DNA of 20,000 nucleotides from an uncultured virus (IMG/VR IMGVR_UViG_3300021092_000028) (taxonomy: Duplodnaviria > Heunggongvirae > Uroviricota > Caudoviricetes): IMG/VR virus record IMGVR_UViG_3300021092_000028; one strand, 5' to 3'. Made by a program: the position numbers and the translations under genes. A model generated the notes under the pieces. The model was given only the letters and a program-made list of their open reading frames with translations. It did no database searches and was not told where the DNA came from. Below are positions 6,855 to 15,587 of the stretch, piece by piece (positions within the stretch are counted from its first letter, which is position 1; each line of letters begins with the position of its first letter).

Positions 6855-7448
6855 TTATTTTGAACTTGGTTTTACTGATGCTAGACCTCTTGGATTAATT
6901 GCGAATCCTGGTTTTTTAAGTGCGCTCGCGGCACTTAATTTTTGAAAAGATCCTGCGGTCATTTTCATAATGTTTTCCGCTGTGGTATTTATTTCTCCAG
7001 ATGAAAAGATACTGCAAGTTTCGGTAGCATCAATATTGATTCTCTTTGCTTTTAATTTAATCTCTTCATCTGCGTCTAGGTTAATATATCCATTACTGTT
7101 GTCACTTCCTCTTGCAATTAACTGAATGTTCTCAGCATTGACTTTAAAAGTTCCTTTCGTAAGAATTTCAATGTTTCCTTTCGAAAGTCCATTACCGCCC
7201 GCAGAACTGATATAAATTCCAACATCACCTGGTTGAATATTATCTCCAGCAATTACTTGATAACGTCCTCTACATCTTGACCAAATCCATCCTTCTCTAG
7301 GACTTGTCTGATCAATCGTAATAAATTCAAGACCTCCTTGACCTTGAAGCATAATGGATGATTTGGCCTGATCCTTATGGATGTGACCAAATCTTAGATT
7401 TCCATCCTTTGTTCTTACGTCTTTAATTTCTTTATTGACTGATTTCAT
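6855..7448 (-). CDS. Probable gp5 C-terminal-like baseplate spike (beta-helix) protein
   Basis: 197 aa whose C-terminal half has periodic beta-strand repeats (NIEILTKGTFKVNAENIQLIA...INLDADEEIKLKAKRINIDATETCSIFSSGEIN) typical of gp5/VgrG/gpV spikes. It is coupled to the upstream ORF by a TAATG overlap. Confidence 0.65.
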   Translation of the reverse strand: MKSVNKEIKDVRTKDGNLRFGHIHKDQAKSSIMLQGQGGLEFITIDQTSPREGWIWSRCRGRYQVIAGDNIQPGDVGIYISSAGGNGLSKGNIEILTKGTFKVNAENIQLIARGSDNSNGYINLDADEEIKLKAKRINIDATETCSIFSSGEINTTAENIMKMTAGSFQKLSAASALKKPGFAINPRGLASVKPSSK

Positions 7449-8647
7449 TAAAATACCTTACCTACACAATCAATGACTTGAACAACCGCTGCTCCTTCAG
7501 GAACAGAGAATGGTTTATAAAGTTGACCTTCAACAGTTGCTGCTGTTGTTGGAAGTGGTTTTGCAGGAACAACTTGCTCTTCAATAGGAAGCGTTGGATC
7601 AACTCTAGTGACTTTAAAGATAGTTGTAAATGTAGCATTAAATCCAGTTGGAGAATCTGTGCGAATATCTGGAAGATCTTCATACCCACAACCACCTGTG
7701 AGGATATTTATTCTTTCAATTTGCCCTCTCTCATTAATCACAGGTTCTGCTACTGTACCATTGTTTGGTGTAATAATAAGTTTGTCTCCAGGACGATATC
7801 CAAATCCTCCATCCAGAACAACAATCTCTTCAATACACAAAATTACTGGATATTGGGGTCCAAATACTTCTGGTCTTGGTGTTGGTACAGGAACTAATGG
7901 TTGAGTAATAACTTCATCTTCTTCCAATTCTCTAGGAGGACCATCAGGAGGATAATATTTGTCACCCTTTTTTACCAAAATTGGTCTATCAATTTGAACA
8001 ACGTAATACTTTCCGTCTGCGGTTGTTACAAAACCTTCATCGGGATCTTTCCATACTCTTTCATTACCCCCTAAACTTCCATCAGGAGATGGCAAATAAC
8101 CATCTCCTGGAGCAGTAATTGTAATATTTTTTATCTGTTTTCCAAGTCTATCAATTCCATCTCCCGCTTTAGGTCTATTGTTACCAGTTTCTGGTTCCAT
8201 ATTGACTATTAACTTTCCACCAGATCCTTTACCACAACCATCCATTAGTTCAGCAAATGGAACGTTTTGATATCCATAACCAGGATTTACAATATCGAAA
8301 CCAATTACTGATGATGAGATGGGACTTATGACAGCATTTGCCATTGCTCCCCATCCATCTCCACCAAAAAATTGAACTAATGGTGGTCCACAAAACTGAG
8401 GATCGGTGGGGCAAGATGGTGCTGTTGGAAGAGTATCTTCTGGAATTAACCTTTCAACTTCTTGAAACGTTAATACACTCTCAACTCCATCACCATTTTG
8501 AAAATAGAATTTTCTTGTTGGGTCAGCTTGATGAACTTTACGAGCATCATCAACGGTTAATCCATTAATTCTTTTGCCTTCACTATCAACAAAGGCTACT
8601 TTGATTACATTTTTTGGTAGAATACCTGAGAAAAACTTAGATTTCAT
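7448..8647 (-). CDS. Baseplate hub-associated protein (gp5 middle-region-like)
   Basis: 399 aa with repeated I.I.NPG.GY / V.DGG.GY motifs and CGPPLVQFFGGDG.GA, typical of cyanomyovirus baseplate proteins. It lies between the gp5 OB-fold ORF and the spike ORF. Confidence 0.65.
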   Translation of the reverse strand: MKSKFFSGILPKNVIKVAFVDSEGKRINGLTVDDARKVHQADPTRKFYFQNGDGVESVLTFQEVERLIPEDTLPTAPSCPTDPQFCGPPLVQFFGGDGWGAMANAVISPISSSVIGFDIVNPGYGYQNVPFAELMDGCGKGSGGKLIVNMEPETGNNRPKAGDGIDRLGKQIKNITITAPGDGYLPSPDGSLGGNERVWKDPDEGFVTTADGKYYVVQIDRPILVKKGDKYYPPDGPPRELEEDEVITQPLVPVPTPRPEVFGPQYPVILCIEEIVVLDGGFGYRPGDKLIITPNNGTVAEPVINERGQIERINILTGGCGYEDLPDIRTDSPTGFNATFTTIFKVTRVDPTLPIEEQVVPAKPLPTTAATVEGQLYKPFSVPEGAAVVQVIDCVGKVF

Positions 8648-8657
8648 AATTCATACC

Positions 8658-10670
8658 TTAATATAAAGTGAACGAAGGATCTGGGTCACTATCTTTCTTT
8701 CCAGAGTTAATTTCATCACGTAGTTTTGGAGTCTCATTCTTAACTTGATTATCAACGTATGTAGCAAACTTTTGAAGATCTTCTGGATTATTCTTTGCGG
8801 ATGTTCTTAGTTGTCCAATACCGCTTGTATTACTTTCAGAACCAACATAAATTTCATATTCCTTAGCAGTTTCAACCAGAGAACTTACCTGACCAGTAAA
8901 TGCATCTGTGCTTGCGCCAGAAACTTGATAATCTCCATTAAATGTAGTATTAGAAACAATATTGGACATAACAGGATTTGCGGTATTTGCACCTTTACCA
9001 GTTGCAGATTGATTATCACCTGTTGGTGTAGGTGCAGCATCTCCACCAGGAAGTGCAGATCTATCTTGAGATATTTCTTGATATTTTACAGCAGATTGTG
9101 TATCTTCGCAAGAGAAGAATTGAAGAATTCCAGGAACATAGTCAAGAGCATTAAATAAGTTTCCTGCAACTTTGCCTAAACCTCCACCAACAAGACCTCC
9201 TACCAAACTTCCAATACCTCCAGCAAGACCTCCAGTAATTGTTCCTAGAAGAGCATTAATTGGAGTAAAGATTCCATCCAGTGTGCTCATAAGAGGATCT
9301 AAAATTGTATCAATAAAGTCACCCATTATTGATTCAGCAGCACAAAGGGGAGCATTAATAAAACGATCGAGTACATTTTCTAGTAAACCAGTAAATGTTC
9401 CTTGAAGTCCTTTGATAATTTTGTTCATTACACAAGAAAGTTTGTCACAACCTTTCTGACTAATTTCTAGAAGTTGAGGAACTTCAGTGGGGAACAAATA
9501 TGGAACAACAGACTTGACACCATCAGAGATCTTTTTAGAGATATATCCTCTTACTCCATTCAACATTCCTTTTGCAAATCCTGCCATTTCAAAAGCAGCA
9601 TTTGAAACTGTTGATTTTATTTTTTCAGTGAATTCTAAAACACCTGTTGCAAATGAAGATGCCTGATTATAAATTCTTTTTAATTCTTCAACAACATTCA
9701 ACAGATTTTTCATTGTCCGTTGAATCCCTTTCATCTTAGAGTTTCCTTGTTTGGAAACATCAAGTAAAGGAACTTTTATTTTACTATCCTTATCCTGATC
9801 GGTTTTAGACTGAACTTCTACGTGTTGTGCTTCTGTTGTTGATAATGGAGAACCATTTAAGATTCTATCATCAGGAACTTTAGCTGCAGTTTGTGGAGAT
9901 CCTTCAGTATAAGTATCATTAAACTGCTGATAACCTTTATTACAGTTTCCGCTGGAAGCAGAGGCACCTGGTTGTCTTGATGCCTTTACAGTTGCGGCAA
10001 GAACCAACCTTTCAATTTCTTTTGAATCCTTTCCTTCTACCTTTGCTTTTTGTCTTGCTTCAGATGCTGCCTTAAAAACTGCAGATGAAGGAGTCTTAGA
10101 TGGATCTAAGAGTTTCTTAAGTTGATCAATACTCAATTGATCAACGTTAGGAGGTACTGGTTTATTTGCAAGACTACCTGGACCACGAACAGGTGTTGGT
10201 GGTTTAGATACTGTAGGTTTTCCACCAGTTGGAGATGGAGTTGCTACTGGTTGGTTTGGAGCTGGTTCTGCTCTCTTCTTAGGAACATTGTTATTTGAAT
10301 TACCAATCACTCCCACAATGTAGGGTTCTTGCCCTGCCATTCCATCCTTGAAGAATCCAAAGACAACAGAACCAGATTCAATTGATGGAGTGATTGACGC
10401 CCCACCGTGACCAGATCCTGCAGTAACTGGCATCACCACTTGAGCCTTAACTGTTTCTTCTGGTTTTAGTTTATCTACATCTCCAGTATGCCAGTTGAAG
10501 ACACGGACATTATATCTGTGTCCCCAACCTTTAATTGCGTTTAAACCTTCAAAAGTTTCTGCCTGAACATTTTCATCCCAAGTAGTTTTTGATTCTACTC
10601 GTCCAATCCACCAAGGAGGATTTACAAAAAATTGTGGATTAAAGGCACTTCCCGTAGTTACATCAGACAT
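8658..10670 (-). CDS. gp5: Baseplate hub protein gp5-like (N-terminal OB-fold; no lysozyme domain recognised)
   Basis: The N-terminal WWIGRVE...RYNVRVFNWH...AQVVMPVTAGSG...GSVVFGFFKDG..GQEPYIVGVI is the gp5 OB-fold signature. A Pro-rich linker and a long helical region follow. Confidence 0.82.
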   Translation of the reverse strand: MSDVTTGSAFNPQFFVNPPWWIGRVESKTTWDENVQAETFEGLNAIKGWGHRYNVRVFNWHTGDVDKLKPEETVKAQVVMPVTAGSGHGGASITPSIESGSVVFGFFKDGMAGQEPYIVGVIGNSNNNVPKKRAEPAPNQPVATPSPTGGKPTVSKPPTPVRGPGSLANKPVPPNVDQLSIDQLKKLLDPSKTPSSAVFKAASEARQKAKVEGKDSKEIERLVLAATVKASRQPGASASSGNCNKGYQQFNDTYTEGSPQTAAKVPDDRILNGSPLSTTEAQHVEVQSKTDQDKDSKIKVPLLDVSKQGNSKMKGIQRTMKNLLNVVEELKRIYNQASSFATGVLEFTEKIKSTVSNAAFEMAGFAKGMLNGVRGYISKKISDGVKSVVPYLFPTEVPQLLEISQKGCDKLSCVMNKIIKGLQGTFTGLLENVLDRFINAPLCAAESIMGDFIDTILDPLMSTLDGIFTPINALLGTITGGLAGGIGSLVGGLVGGGLGKVAGNLFNALDYVPGILQFFSCEDTQSAVKYQEISQDRSALPGGDAAPTPTGDNQSATGKGANTANPVMSNIVSNTTFNGDYQVSGASTDAFTGQVSSLVETAKEYEIYVGSESNTSGIGQLRTSAKNNPEDLQKFATYVDNQVKNETPKLRDEINSGKKDSDPDPSFTLY

Positions 10671-10672
10671 AA

Positions 10673-10888
10673 TTAATCATCATATATTCTACATTCAAGT
10701 GCAGTTGGGTTTAGATCACAATAAAGTTCTAATGGTGTTGGATCGTGTTCATCATCTGGATGATTCACTTGATATTTTTCAAGTGAATATAATTCATCTT
10801 CTAGATGACGACGACGTTGTGAATTAGTATCTGGATTATCCAGTTCATCACGATCATCATTGATGTGTTGGGAAAGTGTTCTATCCAT
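10673..10888 (-). CDS. cp12: CP12 Calvin-cycle inhibitor protein (phage auxiliary metabolic gene)
   Basis: 71 aa from the ATG at 10888. The C-terminal DPTPLELYCDLNPTALECRIYDD matches the CP12 signature (LE.YC..NP...EC..YD). The N-terminal Cys pair is absent, as in picocyanobacterial and cyanophage CP12. Confidence 0.92.
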   Translation of the reverse strand: MDRTLSQHINDDRDELDNPDTNSQRRRHLEDELYSLEKYQVNHPDDEHDPTPLELYCDLNPTALECRIYDD

Positions 10889-10912
10889 ATTGAACACACA
10901 GTTAGTTGTTAT

Positions 10913-10920
10913 TATTTATA
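10913..10920 (-). promoter_or_regulatory. T4 late promoter TATAAATA upstream of cp12
   Basis: Exact TATAAATA on the minus strand, overlapping the stop codon of the hub gene, 24 nt before the cp12 ATG. Confidence 0.8.
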
Positions 10921-12478
10921 GTGCTGGAGGTTGATCTCTCCTACCTTCAAGATAATCAATCTCTGCTTGATTGAGACCTAACTCTTTATAACTTGCTCCA
11001 GATTGGAGTCCTTCACTAACTGCCTCCCAGTAATCCGCAGTTGCTCCATAATATTGTGATTCTGCAAGGTTCGCTTCTGCTTCTAATGCATCTGCAACAT
11101 CAGCATCAGTGACTCCTTTACCAGTGACTCCTTGACCTTCAGAGAAAATACCTTGTCCCTGATTATTAACTCCTTGTCCAACTCCTGTTGGTGCAGGTTC
11201 TTGCTTTTTAGACAACATTGGTTTTCTACCATAAGAATCACGAATGAGTTCTAAAGATGTAAAGCACTGTTGTTGTGGGTCAATACGATGGCAAAGTGCA
11301 GATATCATATAGATGCCACTCATTCTTGGGTTTGCTGTTGTATTTGTTTTGGTTGATTGCTCAGGGAAATCACAGAAGATAAGTTGACCAACCTCCAAAC
11401 TATAATCACCAAAGATTGTGATGTTGGCCTTTACAGTGTATGCTTGATTATATCTTGCAGTTGCTGAAGAAAGATACTTCGCTTTATCAGTATCCAATTC
11501 TTTTGCTTCATCAATCGGTTTTAATCCACCAATTGATTCACTTCCAGTAAAAAATCTTGATGGTTTTGATACAAAATCTTTGAACAAATTTTTTCCATAC
11601 TCAGTTCCAGCAGCAGTAATTGCAGACTCCTGTGTCGTAATATCCAAAGGATTGCAGTTAAAAGAACTTTCAAATGAATTGAATAGATTTACTGAGGTAT
11701 TGAAAGTTCCCATTGTGAGTTGGTCTTTCATATCAGCACTATCAACAAAGTCATATTCTAAAATCTTTGCATCATATCCCGTAGGTATAACAGTGGAAGT
11801 TGTGTTGTTGTAGATGTATTTCTTAACTGGATTCTGTCCAAACAGAGTATCAATTGATTTAAATTTATAACCAGATTTTGTCTCAAAGAAAAAGTATCCA
11901 GAACTTAATCCTAGGGCACTTGTATTTTCACGAATAGATTGACCAGCAAGCCACATAATAAACCAAAACGGTTTTTTCATAGTACCAATAAAAGAACGTG
12001 TGTTCTTAGTTGGTTCAATATCTAACTTCTTTTGAGTTTTTAAAACATCCTTTAAAATCTTATTCAGAGAATCCGAAATTTTTCCATCGTAACGTTTATC
12101 AACTCTCACACTTTCATTTTTCAAATATTCTTTTGATACTAATTCTAATATCTCAATATCTTTGAGTTTATCAGTTATTCGTTCTCTTCCAGTAATGTGC
12201 AATTCATTTGCAGTTGTCTTGAAAGATATCTTTTGTTCTTGAGAATCCTCAAGTTCAATGTGAACCTTTTCAGTTCCTGTAAGTTTAATTTGTTCAGATG
12301 CTGTAGTTCCATTATCTCCTTGTCCAGTATCCACAACAATGATGGTCATTCTTACTGTCTCCGACAAAAGATTCTCATAATAATATAACTCAGCAACACC
12401 ACCATTGAATGGGAGTTCTTTACCCGTTGCATTTGAGAATATTTTAAATACAGGTATATTACTTGAATTTAGAGTCAT
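10916..12478 (-). CDS. Baseplate hub protein (gp27 / P2 gpD-like)
   Basis: 520 aa with motifs YYENLLS, GYFFFETKSGYKFKSIDTL, ITIFGDYSLEVGQLI and SGIYMISALCHRI...TSLELIRDS. It sits between the tape-measure-like genes and gp5. Confidence 0.75.
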   Translation of the reverse strand: MTLNSSNIPVFKIFSNATGKELPFNGGVAELYYYENLLSETVRMTIIVVDTGQGDNGTTASEQIKLTGTEKVHIELEDSQEQKISFKTTANELHITGRERITDKLKDIEILELVSKEYLKNESVRVDKRYDGKISDSLNKILKDVLKTQKKLDIEPTKNTRSFIGTMKKPFWFIMWLAGQSIRENTSALGLSSGYFFFETKSGYKFKSIDTLFGQNPVKKYIYNNTTSTVIPTGYDAKILEYDFVDSADMKDQLTMGTFNTSVNLFNSFESSFNCNPLDITTQESAITAAGTEYGKNLFKDFVSKPSRFFTGSESIGGLKPIDEAKELDTDKAKYLSSATARYNQAYTVKANITIFGDYSLEVGQLIFCDFPEQSTKTNTTANPRMSGIYMISALCHRIDPQQQCFTSLELIRDSYGRKPMLSKKQEPAPTGVGQGVNNQGQGIFSEGQGVTGKGVTDADVADALEAEANLAESQYYGATADYWEAVSEGLQSGASYKELGLNQAEIDYLEGRRDQPPAL

Positions 12479-12479
12479 A

Positions 12480-15400
12480 TTATCCTAGTTGAGCAAGTGT
12501 TTGTTCAAACATATCATTTGTACTATTTACACCGCCACCAGCGGCAATCATAGAAGAACCTCCGCCATTTGCTGCGCCTGCTCCGCCATTTAGTCCTCCT
12601 CCCCCACCACCACCAACTAAAAATACTTCTATAATCTGAGGTTCGCCACCATAAGGCATTTCATAATCAGTATAACCAGAAATTGCTTTAAGTTTTTCAA
12701 TAATTGATGGTGCTCTTGCAACTAGTTGTGCTCTGTTTTCAATACTAATAATATCTTGAACTAGTTCTTTACCAAACAAATCTACAGAATCTTTATCAAC
12801 TACACGTACTAATTCACCTTTATGAACTTTCAAAAATCCATCACTTGATATGACTTTATTCATTCCATTAAATGCTGCACCAACAATCTTAGCTGCCCCA
12901 AGTGATTTGGCATAATCGCGGGGACCAATTGGACCAGTTCCATAGGTAGACCAAGGAATATCAAATGCAGCACCATCAGACATATCATTATAGGTTGGTT
13001 TACCTCCAACTGGTCCGTAGTGACCACCCGATGGGGAGTGTGCACCGGGTCCACCAGCATCTCGAACTCCTTGACGAGTAAATCCTTCAAACTGCCATGG
13101 TTTGTATCCTGCATTTTCTAGAGCAGTAAAAGCAGCAAGCGCAGCAGATCTACTCTTAAAACCAAAGTGATCATGAGCATTGGCTTGTCCTCCATGACCA
13201 TAGGGCTCGTACCCTGCGCGACCAGGTGTGCCATGTAACCATTGAACAACATTACCTTTTTTAACAGTTCCTCCAGCTACAGACCCTCCCATAACAGTAA
13301 TGTCACCGAGTGCTGGTGCTTTCGCAGGTCCAGGGTTTTTCTTTCCATAAGCAATAGCAGCAGGACCAACAAACCATCCAAAGAAATTATTTGGAGCATT
13401 AGTTGTTCTTTGAACATCCTCTGCACCTTTCTTATTACTACCCCCCATAAAATCTGTTCTTCCACCAACAAATTTTCTTGCCTCTTCTTGATATTTTGAG
13501 TTCTTTAGTGCTGCAGCAGTTTTCTGTAAGTCTCCTTGAGAGATTCCTGTTGCTGCAGAAGCACTCGCAAGATCTTTAATAGCGTGCCACTCTGGATTGG
13601 GAACTCCAGTCTTACCTCTTTTTGGATATTTCCAAGTCGGTTCATACTGACCTTGCCTCAAGACTATCTCTTTGATAGTTTTTCCACCATATACTCCAGA
13701 TGCTACTCTATTATAAATTGATTGAGCGACGTCAGCAGATCCCTGAGGATCAGAATCTTCCATTCTTGCAATTGCAACTAATGTCCAAAAATCTGCATTT
13801 CCTCCAGTTACGGTTCCGCCAGGTCCAACATCTAAACTTGGGGTTGTATCGTCACCTTCTTTTTGTTTTTCATATCCTGTTTTTGGTCTTTCAGGTTCCT
13901 TTAACATCAACTGCTTCATTAAATCTTGAATAGTTCTATCGATTTCTGGAGCAACAGAATCTTGAACTGACCTTGCAATTACATCACTATAATCTTCACC
14001 GGAAACAATACTCTCCATTCTAACTTCACCACCACCAGCATATGCAAGAGTAGTTGGAGATACCGATTGATTCATCCAATTGTTAATACCAACACCCACG
14101 TTCTTATAGTCTGCATAAGATGGTTTATCCCCCATCAAAGGTTTGATTGCAAGAGCAACTAATGCACCTAGACCAGTAGATTTTGAGACATTATCATAAG
14201 AATTTTTCAAGAAATCAAAAGGACTCATTTTTGTCTTATCTTTTGATTTTGGATATAATTTCTTGATTTTCTTTTCTCCACCAATTGCTCCACCTGGTTT
14301 TAATTTTGAAGGCGTTGCTCTTAAAGTTCTTGGTGCTTTCTTTTTCTTGATAGTTCTTTTTGCTGGACCACTTGTGAGTTTTCCTCCGCGTGTAGCAGGT
14401 CTTCCACCACCTGCTGCTTTCGCTACTTTACCTTTTGGTTTTACTTTTTTATTACCAAAGAACATATCATATAAGACACCACCCGCTTCTCCGCCTGCCC
14501 AAGAACCTAGGAATGCTCCAACAGGTCCACCAATTACAGTTCCAATCGCACCTACAAGAACAGAACCTATTCCTCGAAATGCTGCCTTTCCTAAAGGTTC
14601 ACCAAGAGCCCAAGACAATCCAAACTCAATTAAACCACCAATAATAGGAATTCTACTTACTAGAGGTTTTACAAACTTGAGAACTGCTTTTGCTCCTTGT
14701 TTTCCAGCAAGGCCCATAAAGGCAGCACGAGCACCTTTTTGGACTGCCCCTCTCTGCATTCCTCCAGATAGATTTCTTAAGTTTTTCTTACCAAACCTAT
14801 CTACAAATTGATCTTTACCAAATCTTTGTGCATATCTTCTTTGTACATCTTTACCAACTCTTCTTCCTGTGGAATCAAATCCTCTTCTTCCACCTCTTCC
14901 GCCTGCACCACCATCTCCACCTCCCATAGCAAGAGAAGCAAGACCAACAACAATTGCAGCATCCAAAAGACCATTTAATGCTCCACCAAATTTATCAAAA
15001 TTCTGAGCAAGACCATCTCCACCTATCTTTTTAATAAACCCACGAGTTGCATCATAAGCCTTATAACCCCAATCAATAAAAGTTATAAGACCATCAAGCA
15101 TCTTACCACCAACATCAGTAATAAAATCAGTGACTTTGATAATCGTTGGCAATACTGAAAGAAGAGTTGGTAGATAATCAATCAATCTAACAGCAATAAA
15201 TCCAAGTATTGTCTGTGTAATAAAGTTTTTAATCCAATCAAAGAATCCCATTTTTGGGGGTGTGGGTAAGTCAACACCTTTTACTTTTGGTGGTTTCTTT
15301 TTCTCAAGTTCTTTTTCTCTACCTTCAAATTCTTTTTGTTCTTCTCCCTTTCTCTTTTTTTCACCCTCCTTTTTAGATAAGAACAAAGAGTCTTTTAAGA

Positions 15401-15587
15401 GTTTATCAATCTGAATGACTTTTCTTTCAATCTTAGTAAGAGTATCTTCTAAAAATTTTGGTGATTCTGTTTCCGTATTTTTTACATCACTTACTTTTGT
15501 AGTTTTTGTCTTCGTATTAAGAAACTTATCTGCTTTTACAATAGCAGACTTTTGTTGTTTAGCAATAACAGGAAGAAGGTTTGCCAT
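12480..15587 (-). CDS. Tape-measure/gp29-like tail protein with a SleB/Hydrolase_2-like cell-wall hydrolase domain
   Basis: 1035 aa: charged coiled-coil N-terminus, hydrophobic and Gly-rich helices, then FWTLVAIARME...ADVAQSIYNRV.SG.YGGKTIKEIVLRQGQYEP (Hydrolase_2 pattern) and a His-rich domain. Confidence 0.75.
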   Translation of the reverse strand: MANLLPVIAKQQKSAIVKADKFLNTKTKTTKVSDVKNTETESPKFLEDTLTKIERKVIQIDKLLKDSLFLSKKEGEKKRKGEEQKEFEGREKELEKKKPPKVKGVDLPTPPKMGFFDWIKNFITQTILGFIAVRLIDYLPTLLSVLPTIIKVTDFITDVGGKMLDGLITFIDWGYKAYDATRGFIKKIGGDGLAQNFDKFGGALNGLLDAAIVVGLASLAMGGGDGGAGGRGGRRGFDSTGRRVGKDVQRRYAQRFGKDQFVDRFGKKNLRNLSGGMQRGAVQKGARAAFMGLAGKQGAKAVLKFVKPLVSRIPIIGGLIEFGLSWALGEPLGKAAFRGIGSVLVGAIGTVIGGPVGAFLGSWAGGEAGGVLYDMFFGNKKVKPKGKVAKAAGGGRPATRGGKLTSGPAKRTIKKKKAPRTLRATPSKLKPGGAIGGEKKIKKLYPKSKDKTKMSPFDFLKNSYDNVSKSTGLGALVALAIKPLMGDKPSYADYKNVGVGINNWMNQSVSPTTLAYAGGGEVRMESIVSGEDYSDVIARSVQDSVAPEIDRTIQDLMKQLMLKEPERPKTGYEKQKEGDDTTPSLDVGPGGTVTGGNADFWTLVAIARMEDSDPQGSADVAQSIYNRVASGVYGGKTIKEIVLRQGQYEPTWKYPKRGKTGVPNPEWHAIKDLASASAATGISQGDLQKTAAALKNSKYQEEARKFVGGRTDFMGGSNKKGAEDVQRTTNAPNNFFGWFVGPAAIAYGKKNPGPAKAPALGDITVMGGSVAGGTVKKGNVVQWLHGTPGRAGYEPYGHGGQANAHDHFGFKSRSAALAAFTALENAGYKPWQFEGFTRQGVRDAGGPGAHSPSGGHYGPVGGKPTYNDMSDGAAFDIPWSTYGTGPIGPRDYAKSLGAAKIVGAAFNGMNKVISSDGFLKVHKGELVRVVDKDSVDLFGKELVQDIISIENRAQLVARAPSIIEKLKAISGYTDYEMPYGGEPQIIEVFLVGGGGGGGLNGGAGAANGGGSSMIAAGGGVNSTNDMFEQTLAQLG

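Noticed and set aside
12540..12635. EVFLVGGGGGGG segment resembling the start of a glycine-rich fibre domain
   Set aside because: It is too short and low-complexity to support a domain call and is more simply a Gly-rich tail.
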